From NCBI GenBank assembly GCA_934141245.1, contig CAKPCB010000002.1:43076-107075 (forward strand): a stretch of DNA of 64,000 nt, given 5' to 3'. This document shows, piece after piece, positions 8,423-18,649 of this stretch; the first letter of the stretch is position 1, and every line of letters begins with the position of its first letter. A program made the translations under genes and the position numbers. The notes beneath the pieces are model-generated. The model did not search any database and was not told the origin of the DNA. It saw nothing but the letters and a program-made list of their open reading frames with translations. Origin of the DNA: an uncultured Bacilli bacterium. GTDB taxonomy: Bacteria; Bacillota_I; Bacilli_A; RF39; UBA660.

Positions 8423-9307
8423 TTAAAGCATATTAACTATTTTATTTATTAATTCTAAAACAATTTTAAGAGTTTTGTTATCTTTATCGTTTATGGGATT
8501 ATATTCAACTATATCTATTGATTTAATTAAATCTTTATGTTTTAAAAATTCATCAACAATCTTGAATAAATGTTTAGTATTTATACCGTCTTTATATCCT
8601 ACAGATATTCCAGGTGCAATAATCGGATCAAGAACATCTATATCAATGCTTAAGTGTATTCCATTTGTGTTTTGTGTTGCGATTTGAATTGCGTTATTTA
8701 CATTTGTTTCAATATTTCCTGATATAACATCATTTGTTGAATAGACTTTAATTTTACTATTATCCAAGTTTACCTGTTCTAAGGTATCAATATCTCTTGC
8801 TCCAATTATTACAGTATTGTTATTTCTGAAAAAATTACCATCATGGAATTTTGTAAGTTCATATCCATTATTTTTTGTTACAGTAGCAAGTGGAAGCCCA
8901 TGTATATTCCCCGATGCTGTTGTTTTAAATGTATTAAAATCAGGGTGCGTATCTACCCAAATTATTCCTAGTCTATCATTAGTTTTAATTGAAGCAAGTG
9001 CAGATGCAATTGCGATACTATGATCTCCACCTATCACAATATTTATTGAATCGTCATCGCTATTTTTTAATATTGTTTGATATAGTTCATCGTCAAATTT
9101 ATTAATTCTATCAAAGTTTTTTCTTAAATCATTTTTATCTTGACTTTTGCTAGTGCAATCACAGGTAACATCAATAATTTTATTTATTTTTTTCAAATCT
9201 AATTTCTTTATATATTCTTTAACAATTATAGGCCCTTTACTAGCGCCATCTATATTTACTCCGAGATCTGTACAAGCATTTATAATATTAATTTTTTTTG
9301 TATTCAT
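8423..9307 (-). CDS. Arginase/agmatinase (ureohydrolase) family protein
   Basis: 294 aa; GGDHSIA, DTHPD and SIDIDVLDP manganese-ligand motifs. Confidence 0.7.
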   Translation of the reverse strand: MNTKKINIINACTDLGVNIDGASKGPIIVKEYIKKLDLKKINKIIDVTCDCTSKSQDKNDLRKNFDRINKFDDELYQTILKNSDDDSINIVIGGDHSIAIASALASIKTNDRLGIIWVDTHPDFNTFKTTASGNIHGLPLATVTKNNGYELTKFHDGNFFRNNNTVIIGARDIDTLEQVNLDNSKIKVYSTNDVISGNIETNVNNAIQIATQNTNGIHLSIDIDVLDPIIAPGISVGYKDGINTKHLFKIVDEFLKHKDLIKSIDIVEYNPINDKDNKTLKIVLELINKIVNML

Positions 9308-9415
9308 AAATTACACCTCTAAATTAGATAATAATGTAAAAATTTGTATAATTCAATAATAAATATAACTTTTTTACAAGTTTTATTGTATAATTTAGTA
9401 TAGTGGAGTGATAAA

Positions 9416-10858
9416 ATGAAAAAATTAAGTCAAATAATAGACTGCGATTATGATATAGAAATAAAAGGGATAAAAATAAATTCAAAGGAAATAGAACCAG
9501 GGGATTTATTTGTTTGCACTAAAGGCGTTAATGCAGATAGACATGACTTTATTGATGATGCCATAAAAAATGGTGCTGTTGCTGTTATAGTTAGTAGAGA
9601 TGTTAATTGTTCTGTTCCAATGGTAAAGGTTAGTGACACAAATAAAGTACTTCCTATTATCTGTTCCAAATTTTATGATAATCCTGAAAAAAAACTTAAA
9701 ATAATTGGTGTAACTGGTACTGATGGGAAAACATCTACAGCAACTATTATTCAAACTTTAATAGGCTCAGATAAATGTGGGTACATAGGTACAAATGGAA
9801 GAAGTTGCTCAAAGTTTAATAAGGAAATTAATAATACAACGCCAGATAGTGATAAACTGTTTGAATATTTTAAAGACTTTGTAGATGCAGGATGTGAATA
9901 TGTAGTCATGGAAGCATCAAGTGAGGCATTCTTTAGACATAGACTTGATTTAATAGAATTTACAGGTGGTGTAATAACTAATATAACTAAAGAACACCTT
10001 AACATTCATAAAACATTTGAAAATTACATTGACTGCAAATGCATGTTATTTAGACAAGTGGTGAAAAATGGATTTTCAATATTAAATAGTGATGATAGTC
10101 TATATAGTAAAGTGTTTGAATCTTGTCATGGCACCGTTTTGACATATGGTAAAAGCAAAAATGACACATTATTTATCAAAGATATATTTACTAGAAGTGA
10201 TAGAACAATTATGAATATTGTAATCGATAATAAATTATATAATATAGAAAGCCCACTTCTTGGAGAATTTAATGTGTATAATTTGTCCGGGGCTATATTA
10301 TGTGCTTTAAAACTTGGAATTGATATTGATACAATAATTAATAGAATTTCTAACATAAGAGTTTCTGGTAGATTGGAATTATTACCTAATATGGGTCAAA
10401 AATTTAATATTATGATTGACTATGCCCATACACCAAATGGAATAATCAATTTACTTAATTTTATAAATACATTAAATATTAATAGAAGTATAGTAGTAAT
10501 TGGTTCTGCTGGAGAAAGAGATTATTTAAAACGACCTATTATGGGTAAAACTGTTGTAGATAATGCAAGTTATGCTATATTTACTTATGAGGACCCAAGA
10601 AGTGAAGAACCAATTGATATAATTAATATGATGACTTCAGAAATTAAAGATCATAATAATTATGAAGTGGTTGTTGACAGAAGTTTGGCAATTAAACGTG
10701 CAATTGATATGGCAGTAGATGGTGATATAGTATTAATATTAGGTAAAGGTAACGAGACATATCAAAAGTTGAAAAATAAGACAATATATTTTAATGATTT
10801 TGAAGAAGCTAAAAAGTATTTAAAAGAAAGATTGGAACGAGAAAAAGTAGGAATATAG
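9416..10858 (+). CDS. murE: UDP-N-acetylmuramoyl-L-alanyl-D-glutamate--2,6-diaminopimelate ligase
   Basis: 480 aa; Mur ligase GVTGTDGKTST P-loop; C-terminal EDPR (DNPR-like) motif. Confidence 0.9.
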   Translation: MKKLSQIIDCDYDIEIKGIKINSKEIEPGDLFVCTKGVNADRHDFIDDAIKNGAVAVIVSRDVNCSVPMVKVSDTNKVLPIICSKFYDNPEKKLKIIGVTGTDGKTSTATIIQTLIGSDKCGYIGTNGRSCSKFNKEINNTTPDSDKLFEYFKDFVDAGCEYVVMEASSEAFFRHRLDLIEFTGGVITNITKEHLNIHKTFENYIDCKCMLFRQVVKNGFSILNSDDSLYSKVFESCHGTVLTYGKSKNDTLFIKDIFTRSDRTIMNIVIDNKLYNIESPLLGEFNVYNLSGAILCALKLGIDIDTIINRISNIRVSGRLELLPNMGQKFNIMIDYAHTPNGIINLLNFINTLNINRSIVVIGSAGERDYLKRPIMGKTVVDNASYAIFTYEDPRSEEPIDIINMMTSEIKDHNNYEVVVDRSLAIKRAIDMAVDGDIVLILGKGNETYQKLKNKTIYFNDFEEAKKYLKERLEREKVGI

Positions 10859-10900
10859 GCATATACTATAGTATAATAAAATTAATTAAGGTGTGATCAT

Positions 10901-11989
10901 ATGAGAGTAGTAGTCAGCGCTGGAGGAACCGGCGGACATATTTATCCAGCTTTAGCTATTGTTAATAAGATAAAAGAAATGGAGCCTGGTAGCGAAATTC
11001 TATATATTGGTACAACAGACAGGATGGAATCTGTCATAATTCCAAAAATGAAAATTAATTATGTTGGAATTGAGATGCAAGGATTAAATAGAAAAAATAT
11101 TTTTAAAAATTTTAAAGTTATTTCTTCCTTACAAAAAGCATATAAGGAATGCAAAAAAGTAATTAATGAATTTAATCCAGACATAGTATTAGGTGTTGGT
11201 GGATACATTACCTTTCCTGTTATCAAGGCTGCACATGATTTAGGTTACAAGTGTTTTATTCATGAGCAAAATTCTATTCCTGGTCTTTCAAATAAGATTT
11301 TGAAAAGATATGCTACTGTTATTGGAGTTTCATTAGAATCCAGCTTAAAGTATTTTGATAAGACAAAGACTTTTTTCACTGGAAATCCAAGAAGTGAAGA
11401 GGTTATTAACTCTAGGAAAGTTTTAAAGAGCAAATATGGTTTAAAGAGCGAGAAAAAATTGGTTTTAATAGTAATGGGAAGCCTTGGAAGTCAAACTATA
11501 AATAATATAATGAAAACAATAATACCAAAGTTCAAAGCTAAAGATTATGAAGTATTATTTGTTAGTGGTAAAAATTATTATGATGAATATTCAAAGATGA
11601 ATAATATTCCTAATAATGTTAAAATAGTTGATTTTTTGGACAATATGCCTGGACTACTAAAGAATACAGATATTATCGTTTCTAGAGCTGGGGCATCAAC
11701 AATTGCAGAAATAACAGCTGCTGAACTGCCTAGTATTTTAATACCTTCTCCATATGTAACACATAATCATCAATACAAAAATGCAAAGGTTTTAGAGCAA
11801 GCAGGCGCATCTGTTTTGATTGAAGAAAAGGACTTAAATGCTGAAATATTACTCTCAAAAATAGATGATATACTAAATGATAAAGTAAAATATATAAGTA
11901 TGAAGCAAGAGGCATCAAAACTATGCATAAAAAACAGTGCTACTACAATATATAATATTTTAAGAAAAACTATAGATGGTGATAAGTAA
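10901..11989 (+). CDS. murG: UDP-GlcNAc:undecaprenyl-PP-MurNAc-pentapeptide GlcNAc transferase
   Basis: 362 aa; N-terminal SAGGTGGHIYPALA motif. Confidence 0.9.
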   Translation: MRVVVSAGGTGGHIYPALAIVNKIKEMEPGSEILYIGTTDRMESVIIPKMKINYVGIEMQGLNRKNIFKNFKVISSLQKAYKECKKVINEFNPDIVLGVGGYITFPVIKAAHDLGYKCFIHEQNSIPGLSNKILKRYATVIGVSLESSLKYFDKTKTFFTGNPRSEEVINSRKVLKSKYGLKSEKKLVLIVMGSLGSQTINNIMKTIIPKFKAKDYEVLFVSGKNYYDEYSKMNNIPNNVKIVDFLDNMPGLLKNTDIIVSRAGASTIAEITAAELPSILIPSPYVTHNHQYKNAKVLEQAGASVLIEEKDLNAEILLSKIDDILNDKVKYISMKQEASKLCIKNSATTIYNILRKTIDGDK

Positions 11990-12891
11990 TGGACAAATGG
12001 ATTGAATTTATTAAAGAAAATGATATAGGAAAGTATATAACTAATGCCGATTTGAAAAGATTTAATACATATAAAATAGGTAAAACTGCTTATTTAGTTG
12101 TTTATCCTAAAGATACTCAAAAATTAATAAAATTAATGAAATTTATTAAAAGTAATTCAATTAAATATAAAGTTTTAGGAAATGGTTCTAATGTTATATT
12201 TAATGAAGTATATGATGGTATCTTAATTAAATTAGATTGCTTCAATAAATGCACATTTATAAATAATAAAGTTAAAGTTGGAGCGGGATATAATTTAATA
12301 AAACTATCACGTGAAGTTGCAAAAAAATCACTAGCCGGATTAGAATTTGCAGCAGGTATACCTGGTACAATTGGTGGGGCAGTATACATGAATGCAGGAG
12401 CATACAAAAGTGATATGGGCTATATTGTAGAGAATATTAAAGTGCTTACACCTGACTTTAAAATAATAATTATGACTAATAAAGAAATTAAATTTAAATA
12501 TAGAACTTCATTTTTGAAGAGTCATCCTGATTATATATGCATAGAAGCAACATTAAAATTGACAAAGGGCAACAAAGAAAAAATTTTGGAAGTAATTAAT
12601 GAGAGAAAAAACAGAAGACTTGAATCTCAACCCCTTGAATATCCTTCGGCAGGCAGTGTATTTAGAAATCCTGAAGGTATGTTTGCTGGAAAACTAATAG
12701 AAGATTTAGGATTTAAGGGCTTAACAAAAGGTGGAGCGCAAGTAAGTAATAAACATGCAAATTTTATAATTAATATAGGAAATGCAAAACCAGAAGATGT
12801 AAAAGAATTAATAGAGTTTATAAAAGATGCGGTTAAAGAAAGATATGGAGTAGAATTAAAGGTAGAGCAAGAATTTGTTAATTGGGAGTAG
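11989..12891 (+). CDS. murB: UDP-N-acetylenolpyruvoylglucosamine reductase
   Basis: 300 aa; FAD-binding domain, GGAVYMNAGAY and SAGSVF(R)NP motifs. Confidence 0.9.
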   Translation: MDKWIEFIKENDIGKYITNADLKRFNTYKIGKTAYLVVYPKDTQKLIKLMKFIKSNSIKYKVLGNGSNVIFNEVYDGILIKLDCFNKCTFINNKVKVGAGYNLIKLSREVAKKSLAGLEFAAGIPGTIGGAVYMNAGAYKSDMGYIVENIKVLTPDFKIIIMTNKEIKFKYRTSFLKSHPDYICIEATLKLTKGNKEKILEVINERKNRRLESQPLEYPSAGSVFRNPEGMFAGKLIEDLGFKGLTKGGAQVSNKHANFIINIGNAKPEDVKELIEFIKDAVKERYGVELKVEQEFVNWE

Positions 12892-12894
12892 AAT

Positions 12895-13563
12895 ATGCCA
12901 AAAAGAGTAAAGAAGAAAATAAAATTTAAATTAATTCCTATTTTAATATTCTTAATTGTATTAATTATATTGTATTTTGGAGGTTCATACCTAATTAATA
13001 CTAAAATTAAGAATATATATGTGATAGGGAATGATATTTTATCAGACCAAGAAGTCATTAGACTTGCAAATATTGAAGATTATCCAAGCTTTTATAAAAC
13101 TTTTTCTTACACATTGAAAAAAAGAATTAAAAAAAGTGAATTAGTAAAGGATGTAAAGATTAAAAAAAGGTTTTTTAATGTATTAAAAATATATATAGAA
13201 GAATACACTCCTGTACTTATTAAAGAAGGTAAAACAGTATTAGAAAATGGTGTTGCAATTGATAAAAAAGTTGCAAATCTTCCAACTCTTTCTGACTTAG
13301 AAGATAAAGGGGTTTATACTAAATTAATAGATAAGTTAAGTAAATTAAATGCAACTGAAAAAAATCAAATATCTGAAATAATATATACACCTAGTGAATA
13401 TGATAATACAAGATTTTTACTATATATGAATGATGGTAATCATATTTATATTAATATCAGTAAACTTGACAACTTAAATTATTACAGTGAAATATATCCA
13501 ACTTTAAATGGTAAAAAGGGAACTTTGTACTTAGATTCTGGTAATCACTTTGAGCCATTTTAA
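12895..13563 (+). CDS. ftsQ: Cell division protein FtsQ/DivIB (POTRA domain)
   Basis: 222 aa; N-terminal basic tail + single TM, POTRA-like KNIYVIGNDILSDQEV...; position after murB. Confidence 0.7.
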   Translation: MPKRVKKKIKFKLIPILIFLIVLIILYFGGSYLINTKIKNIYVIGNDILSDQEVIRLANIEDYPSFYKTFSYTLKKRIKKSELVKDVKIKKRFFNVLKIYIEEYTPVLIKEGKTVLENGVAIDKKVANLPTLSDLEDKGVYTKLIDKLSKLNATEKNQISEIIYTPSEYDNTRFLLYMNDGNHIYINISKLDNLNYYSEIYPTLNGKKGTLYLDSGNHFEPF

Positions 13564-13564
13564 A

Positions 13565-13591
13565 AAATAAAAACACACTCTTATGAGTGTG
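13565..13591 (-). terminator. Terminator hairpin serving the minus-strand small gene 13601..13858
   Basis: cacactc-ttat-gagtgtg stem-loop followed on the minus strand by tttttatttttt. Confidence 0.55.
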
Positions 13592-13600
13592 ATTGATCAA

Positions 13601-13858
13601 TTAATAATATGGATAGTAATAGTTATTATAATAAATAGGCATTGGTTGAGGGTAAGGCGCTGGGTAATAATTAGGTCTATTATTTCCTATTGCATAGCCT
13701 GCAACTCCGCCAAGTAATAATGGGGCAATAAATCCTCCACCTACAAACCTATCTGAGTTTTGATTAATATATTTTGGATTGCTATTTATTGGTCTATATG
13801 TGGCATTATTACTATACATATTTTGACTGTACTGTGGTATTCCATTATAAGTATACAT
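13601..13858 (-). CDS. Small Tyr/Pro/Gly-rich protein (possible spore coat-like or glycine-zipper membrane peptide)
   Basis: 85 aa; GGGFIAPLLLGGVAGYAIG core and C-terminal YYPAPYPQPMPIYYNNYYYPYY; own terminator. Confidence 0.3.
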   Translation of the reverse strand: MYTYNGIPQYSQNMYSNNATYRPINSNPKYINQNSDRFVGGGFIAPLLLGGVAGYAIGNNRPNYYPAPYPQPMPIYYNNYYYPYY

Positions 13859-13922
13859 AAAATTCCTCCCTACAGTAGTTTATGAATTATTAATATTAAT
13901 GTGAGACAAATATAAAAGCAGA

Positions 13923-14807
13923 TTAGTTATCTGCTTTTTGTAATCTTACAAAATTTATACTTGGATGATTGAATAGTCTAACTGGATAATTATTTGTTCC
14001 CAAACCTCCAGTTATTAATAATTTTGTATTAGAAATTGTATATTCTTTTTCATTATATTTCATGTATCCATTTTTTTTAATTAATCCTTTTAAATAAGGA
14101 AGTCTAAATTGACCATTAATTGATTTTGACGCAAAAATTAATTCTGGATTATTGTATTCTAATATACTGTCAGTTAAATCGGGTTCATAAACTAAATTTA
14201 TTTTAAATATATTTGAATCGTTTTCATAATTTATATTTGGTATTGATGAGATTCCCCTTAATATAATTGGATTGGAATCCTGAAAATAAATTTTTTCTGT
14301 TTTATCAATTACAGATACAAAACCGGAATCATTTAATATTTTGATTGAATTATCATCATCATTATTTCCAATAACATAGTATTTTCCTACAGTTGAATCA
14401 ATTTTTTTGAGAGTTTTTATTAGATATTCCTTGCTTGCATCATCTAAATTATAGTCCTTATGCTTTAATCCACCTGAGAATAATACTAAGTCTGGCTTTA
14501 GCTCGTTTATTTTTTCCACATAATAATTAATGTCGTTTGAATATGGATTATAATAAATATCTCCAAACTGAACTATTTTAAAACCGTCAAATGAGCTTGG
14601 TAAATTATTATATTTTAATGAATATTCTCTAACTACGATTCCAAGATTTGCTATGTAACGTAGTGAAATAAATATTGCTAATAACACAATAAATGTGGTT
14701 ATAAACACCTTAAATATTTTTACTAATATAGACTTTGTTTTTTCCTTTTTTTCTGTACTTTCAATCTTTTTTCTTTCTTTTTTGTTTTTTTCTACACGAC
14801 TTAACAT
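13923..14807 (-). CDS. Membrane-anchored calcineurin-like metallophosphoesterase-family protein (tentative)
   Basis: 294 aa; N-terminal TM; FGDIYY...DLVLFSGG...VIGNNDD resemble degenerate metallophosphoesterase motifs. Confidence 0.35.
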   Translation of the reverse strand: MLSRVEKNKKERKKIESTEKKEKTKSILVKIFKVFITTFIVLLAIFISLRYIANLGIVVREYSLKYNNLPSSFDGFKIVQFGDIYYNPYSNDINYYVEKINELKPDLVLFSGGLKHKDYNLDDASKEYLIKTLKKIDSTVGKYYVIGNNDDDNSIKILNDSGFVSVIDKTEKIYFQDSNPIILRGISSIPNINYENDSNIFKINLVYEPDLTDSILEYNNPELIFASKSINGQFRLPYLKGLIKKNGYMKYNEKEYTISNTKLLITGGLGTNNYPVRLFNHPSINFVRLQKADN

Positions 14808-15502
14808 AATATCATACCTACTAAAAATATATTCATTAATGTCATAATGGCATTATGTATTGAGTGCATAATGATAGGACAACAAATATTATCTGTTTTA
14901 TAATACATATATGCTAATGCAATTCCTAAACTAGAGTAAGGCAAAATGTATAAATAGTCATACACGTTATCTATAGAAAATATCACATGTAATGCTCCAA
15001 ACACTATTCCGGAAACAAGAACAAAAATATATTTATTTTTAAAAATACATCTAAATGATTTTCTAAATACCAGTTCCTCTAATAATGGGGCCATTATTGC
15101 TGTGTTGATAATCATAATTATAGGAGAAGCAGATATGTAACTTCTTATAGCCTCTTCGTTATTAGCAATTTCATTAGGTGAAAAAAGATTTATCGTTAAA
15201 TTAAATAGTGCCATTACTATTAAACCGACACACCATATTTTAAATGATTCATCAAACAATTTATTCCTGTTTTTTATAAAATCTTTAACATCTTTTTTTA
15301 TATCGTTTCTAAATAGTATTAATAATATTGAAATAGTTATAATAGATGAAAACAAGCCTAAAATAAGTTTGCCATTTATATCTAAATTTTTTGTATTTAT
15401 ATTTAATATAGAAATTGGAATAAGTTGAAATAAATCACTAAAGAAAAATAATGTGATTGCTACAAAAAATATAAAGTGTTTATTATTTAATAATTTTTTC
15501 AT
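14801..15502 (-). CDS. CPBP family intramembrane glutamic endopeptidase (CAAX protease / Abi family)
   Basis: 233 aa polytopic; EELVFR and FGALH...H motifs. Confidence 0.7.
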   Translation of the reverse strand: MKKLLNNKHFIFFVAITLFFFSDLFQLIPISILNINTKNLDINGKLILGLFSSIITISILLILFRNDIKKDVKDFIKNRNKLFDESFKIWCVGLIVMALFNLTINLFSPNEIANNEEAIRSYISASPIIMIINTAIMAPLLEELVFRKSFRCIFKNKYIFVLVSGIVFGALHVIFSIDNVYDYLYILPYSSLGIALAYMYYKTDNICCPIIMHSIHNAIMTLMNIFLVGMILC

Positions 15503-15646
15503 TTAAATCCTCCTATATTAATTTTAAGATTAAGTAATAAAACTGTCAATAAATATAAAACAAACTTTACATAAATAGATTAACAATTGTTAACTTCATA
15601 TGATATACTATAATAGGTTATTTAATTATTAAAAGAGGTGTTATTT

Positions 15647-16948
15647 ATGAAATATTATTGTATAGGTATTAAGGGTGCTGGTATGAGTACACTTGCAAAT
15701 ATATTGAGTGACTTAGGTAATGAGGTTAGTGGATATGATGATACAGTTAAATATAAGTTTACTGAAGAGGGATTAAAAAGTAGGGGTATTAAGATTTATC
15801 ATGAACCACATTCAATAGATAGCGATACTATTGTTACTTATTCTAAAGCCTTTTCTGATAATCATCCAGAGATAAAGAGAGTTAAAGAGCTTGGACTTAC
15901 CATAAGAGATTATAATCAGGTTGTAGGTGATGTAACATCGATGTTTGAAACAATTGGGGTTTGTGGAACACATGGTAAAACTACAACTAGTCTTTTGATT
16001 AGCGATATATTAAACAACACATTGGGGTGCAATTATTTTGTTGGTGATGGAACCGGTCATGCAAATAAAAGTAATAAATTGTTTGTAATAGAATCGGATG
16101 AATTTAATAAACATTTTTTAGCATATCATCCAACCGTTGCGGTTATAACAAATATTGAACTTGATCATACTGAGTGCTATCCTGGTGGTATTGAAGAAAT
16201 TAAACAGGCATTTAGAGAATTTGGAAATAAGTCAGAACTAATAGTTGCTTGTGGAGATGATGCAAATATTAGGGACATTACATTTGATAAAAAAGTTATA
16301 TATTATGGATTTAATGATAATAATGATGTTGTTGCCAAAAACGTTAAATTAACTGATAAAGGGGCTTTATTTGATGTTTATATTAATGGTGATTTATTTG
16401 ATAGTTATGAATTACCATTGTTTGGTAAACATATGATTTTAAATGCATTATCAAGTATCATTATTGCTAATAAATATAATATAGATAAAGACTCTATAAA
16501 AAAGTATATTAAAGAATTTAAAGGTGCTAAAAGACGTTTTAAAGAAGAAGATATTAATGGATATATTATAATTGATGACTATGCACATCATCCTACTGAG
16601 ATAGAAGTGACAATTGATGCCGCTAGACAAAAATATCCAAATAAGGAAATCGTTGCTATATTTTTACCTAATACTTATTCTAGGACTGAGGTATTGTTAA
16701 ATGATTTTGTTAAGGCCTTATCCAAAGCTGATAAATCATACATCATGGATATATATTGTGATAGAGAATTGCAAAGTGATTATCCAAATGTTAATTCTGA
16801 CTTACTTATAGAGAAAATAAAAAATGCTGAAAAGATTAGTATTAATACAGTTGATAAGCTATTAAAACATAAGGGTTCTGTGTTATGCTTTATGAGTTGC
16901 ACTAATATATATTTAATATTAGATGAATTTAAGAAAATAATAAGCTAA
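15647..16948 (+). CDS. murC: UDP-N-acetylmuramate--L-alanine ligase
   Basis: Start moved to the ATG at 15647 (RBS AAGAGGTG 7 nt upstream; the track start is an in-frame GTG); GIKGAGMS and GTHGKTTT motifs. Confidence 0.9.
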   Translation: MKYYCIGIKGAGMSTLANILSDLGNEVSGYDDTVKYKFTEEGLKSRGIKIYHEPHSIDSDTIVTYSKAFSDNHPEIKRVKELGLTIRDYNQVVGDVTSMFETIGVCGTHGKTTTSLLISDILNNTLGCNYFVGDGTGHANKSNKLFVIESDEFNKHFLAYHPTVAVITNIELDHTECYPGGIEEIKQAFREFGNKSELIVACGDDANIRDITFDKKVIYYGFNDNNDVVAKNVKLTDKGALFDVYINGDLFDSYELPLFGKHMILNALSSIIIANKYNIDKDSIKKYIKEFKGAKRRFKEEDINGYIIIDDYAHHPTEIEVTIDAARQKYPNKEIVAIFLPNTYSRTEVLLNDFVKALSKADKSYIMDIYCDRELQSDYPNVNSDLLIEKIKNAEKISINTVDKLLKHKGSVLCFMSCTNIYLILDEFKKIIS

Positions 16949-16981
16949 TTATGAATGATTATATTTTATAGTTATTTATTT

Positions 16982-17009
16982 CCTTTGCTTTTGCAAAGGT
17001 CTTTTTTTT
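16982..17009 (+). terminator. Rho-independent terminator after murC
   Basis: cctttgc-tttt-gcaaagg hairpin followed by tcttttttt. Confidence 0.7.
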
Positions 17010-17052
17010 ATTTTAACCTTATGATACAATAAAAACAATTAGTGGTGATATT

Positions 17053-17928
17053 ATGAAAAATATTATAGTAATCGTAGGGCCTACTGGTGTAGGTAAGACA
17101 AAATTAAGTATTGATTTAGCAAAAAAGTTAAATGCGGAAATAATAAATGCTGATTCTATGCAAGTCTACAAGGAACTTAATATAGGTACTGCAAAGATAA
17201 CAGACGAAGAAAAAGAAAAAATACCACATTATCTTTTTGACATAGTAAAGCCTGCCGATATGTATACAGTATATGACTATCAAAAAGACGCTAGGAAAGT
17301 TATTGATAATATATTATCACGTGGAAAAAGAGTTATAATAGTAGGTGGTACTGGTCTATATATTAAAGCTTTATTATATGATTATGAATTTCAAGCAGAA
17401 AATAAAACTTATGACTTTTCAAATATGAGTAATACAGAGCTTTTAGATAAAATTAATAGTTATAATTTAGATATAAATATACATATAAATAATAGGAAGC
17501 GACTTGAAAGAACTTTAACTAGGTTACTTAATAATAATATAAATGCAAATAAATCAAACACAAAATTATATGATTTTTTAGCTGTAGGTTTAACTGTTTC
17601 CAGGGAAAAATTATATAAAATAATTGATGATAGGGTAGATAGGATGATTGATAATGGTTTAGTTGATGAAGTAAAATCATTTTATGATCGTGGAATTCGT
17701 TCTAAAGCCATTAATACTGGTATAGGTTATAAAGAACTATATTTATATTTTGATGGGAAATTAGAACTGGAAGATGCTATTAACCTAATAAAAAAGAACT
17801 CAAGACATTATGCTAAAAGGCAATATACATTTTTCAATAATCAAATGAATATAAAGTGGTTTAATACTAATTATGATGATTTTTCTAAAACTGTACATGA
17901 AATTTATAATTATATAAAAGGTGAGTAA
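17053..17928 (+). CDS. miaA: tRNA dimethylallyltransferase
   Basis: 291 aa; GPTGVGKT P-loop, DSMQVY motif. Confidence 0.9.
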   Translation: MKNIIVIVGPTGVGKTKLSIDLAKKLNAEIINADSMQVYKELNIGTAKITDEEKEKIPHYLFDIVKPADMYTVYDYQKDARKVIDNILSRGKRVIIVGGTGLYIKALLYDYEFQAENKTYDFSNMSNTELLDKINSYNLDINIHINNRKRLERTLTRLLNNNINANKSNTKLYDFLAVGLTVSREKLYKIIDDRVDRMIDNGLVDEVKSFYDRGIRSKAINTGIGYKELYLYFDGKLELEDAINLIKKNSRHYAKRQYTFFNNQMNIKWFNTNYDDFSKTVHEIYNYIKGE

Positions 17929-18649
17929 TATGCAAAGATATTTTGTTAAAGATTTTGATAAAGAATATTCTAATACTTTTACATTAAGCGAAGATGATAG
18001 TTATCATATAATTAAAGTTATGAGATATAAAATTAATGATCTAATAGAGGTTGTATCCAAAGATAATATGTATATTTGTAAAATAACAAAACTTGGGAAA
18101 AATGTTAAATGTGAAGTTAATGAAAAAGTGTTATCAAAAATTACAAATATTCCTAATGTTACAATAGCTCAAAGTCTAGTTAAAGAGCAAAAGATGGATT
18201 ATATTCTTCAAAAGAGTACGGAACTTGGTGTTAATAAAATAATTCCAATTAAGACAATACGAAGCATTATTAAAATTGAAAATGATAATAAAAAAGTAGA
18301 TAGATGGAAAAAAATTGTAAAGGAAGCAAGTGAACAATCAAAAAGATTGGACATACCAATCGTTGAAAAACCTATAAATATCAATGAATTATCAGCATTA
18401 CAGTATGATTATAAAATTTTATGCAGTGTAAATGAAACATCAATTAATATAAAAAAGGCATTACAAAATGTTAAATATAGTGATACAATATTAATTGTGA
18501 TAGGTCCAGAAGGTGGATTTGATAAAAAAGAAGAACAAGTACTAATTGATAGTGGATTTATTTCAACTTCACTTGGAACTAGAGTTTTAAGAACTGAGAC
18601 AGCACCTTTGTTTGTACTTAGTGTAATTAATTATATATTTGAGGAGTGA
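17921..18649 (+). CDS. rsmE: 16S rRNA (uracil1498-N3)-methyltransferase
   Basis: 242 aa; MQRYFV start, PUA-like N-terminus, C-terminal GPEGGF SPOUT motif. Confidence 0.85.
   Translation: MSNMQRYFVKDFDKEYSNTFTLSEDDSYHIIKVMRYKINDLIEVVSKDNMYICKITKLGKNVKCEVNEKVLSKITNIPNVTIAQSLVKEQKMDYILQKSTELGVNKIIPIKTIRSIIKIENDNKKVDRWKKIVKEASEQSKRLDIPIVEKPININELSALQYDYKILCSVNETSINIKKALQNVKYSDTILIVIGPEGGFDKKEEQVLIDSGFISTSLGTRVLRTETAPLFVLSVINYIFEE

Noticed and set aside
15638-15646. ORF-track upstream starts for murC (15638), hrcA (39587), dnaJ (34121), deoB (27245), tsf (57391), infC (59851)
   Set aside because: In each case the first in-frame 'M' is an alternative codon (GTG) inside or before the RBS. A downstream start with a properly spaced GGAGG-like RBS matches the conserved N-terminus of the protein family.
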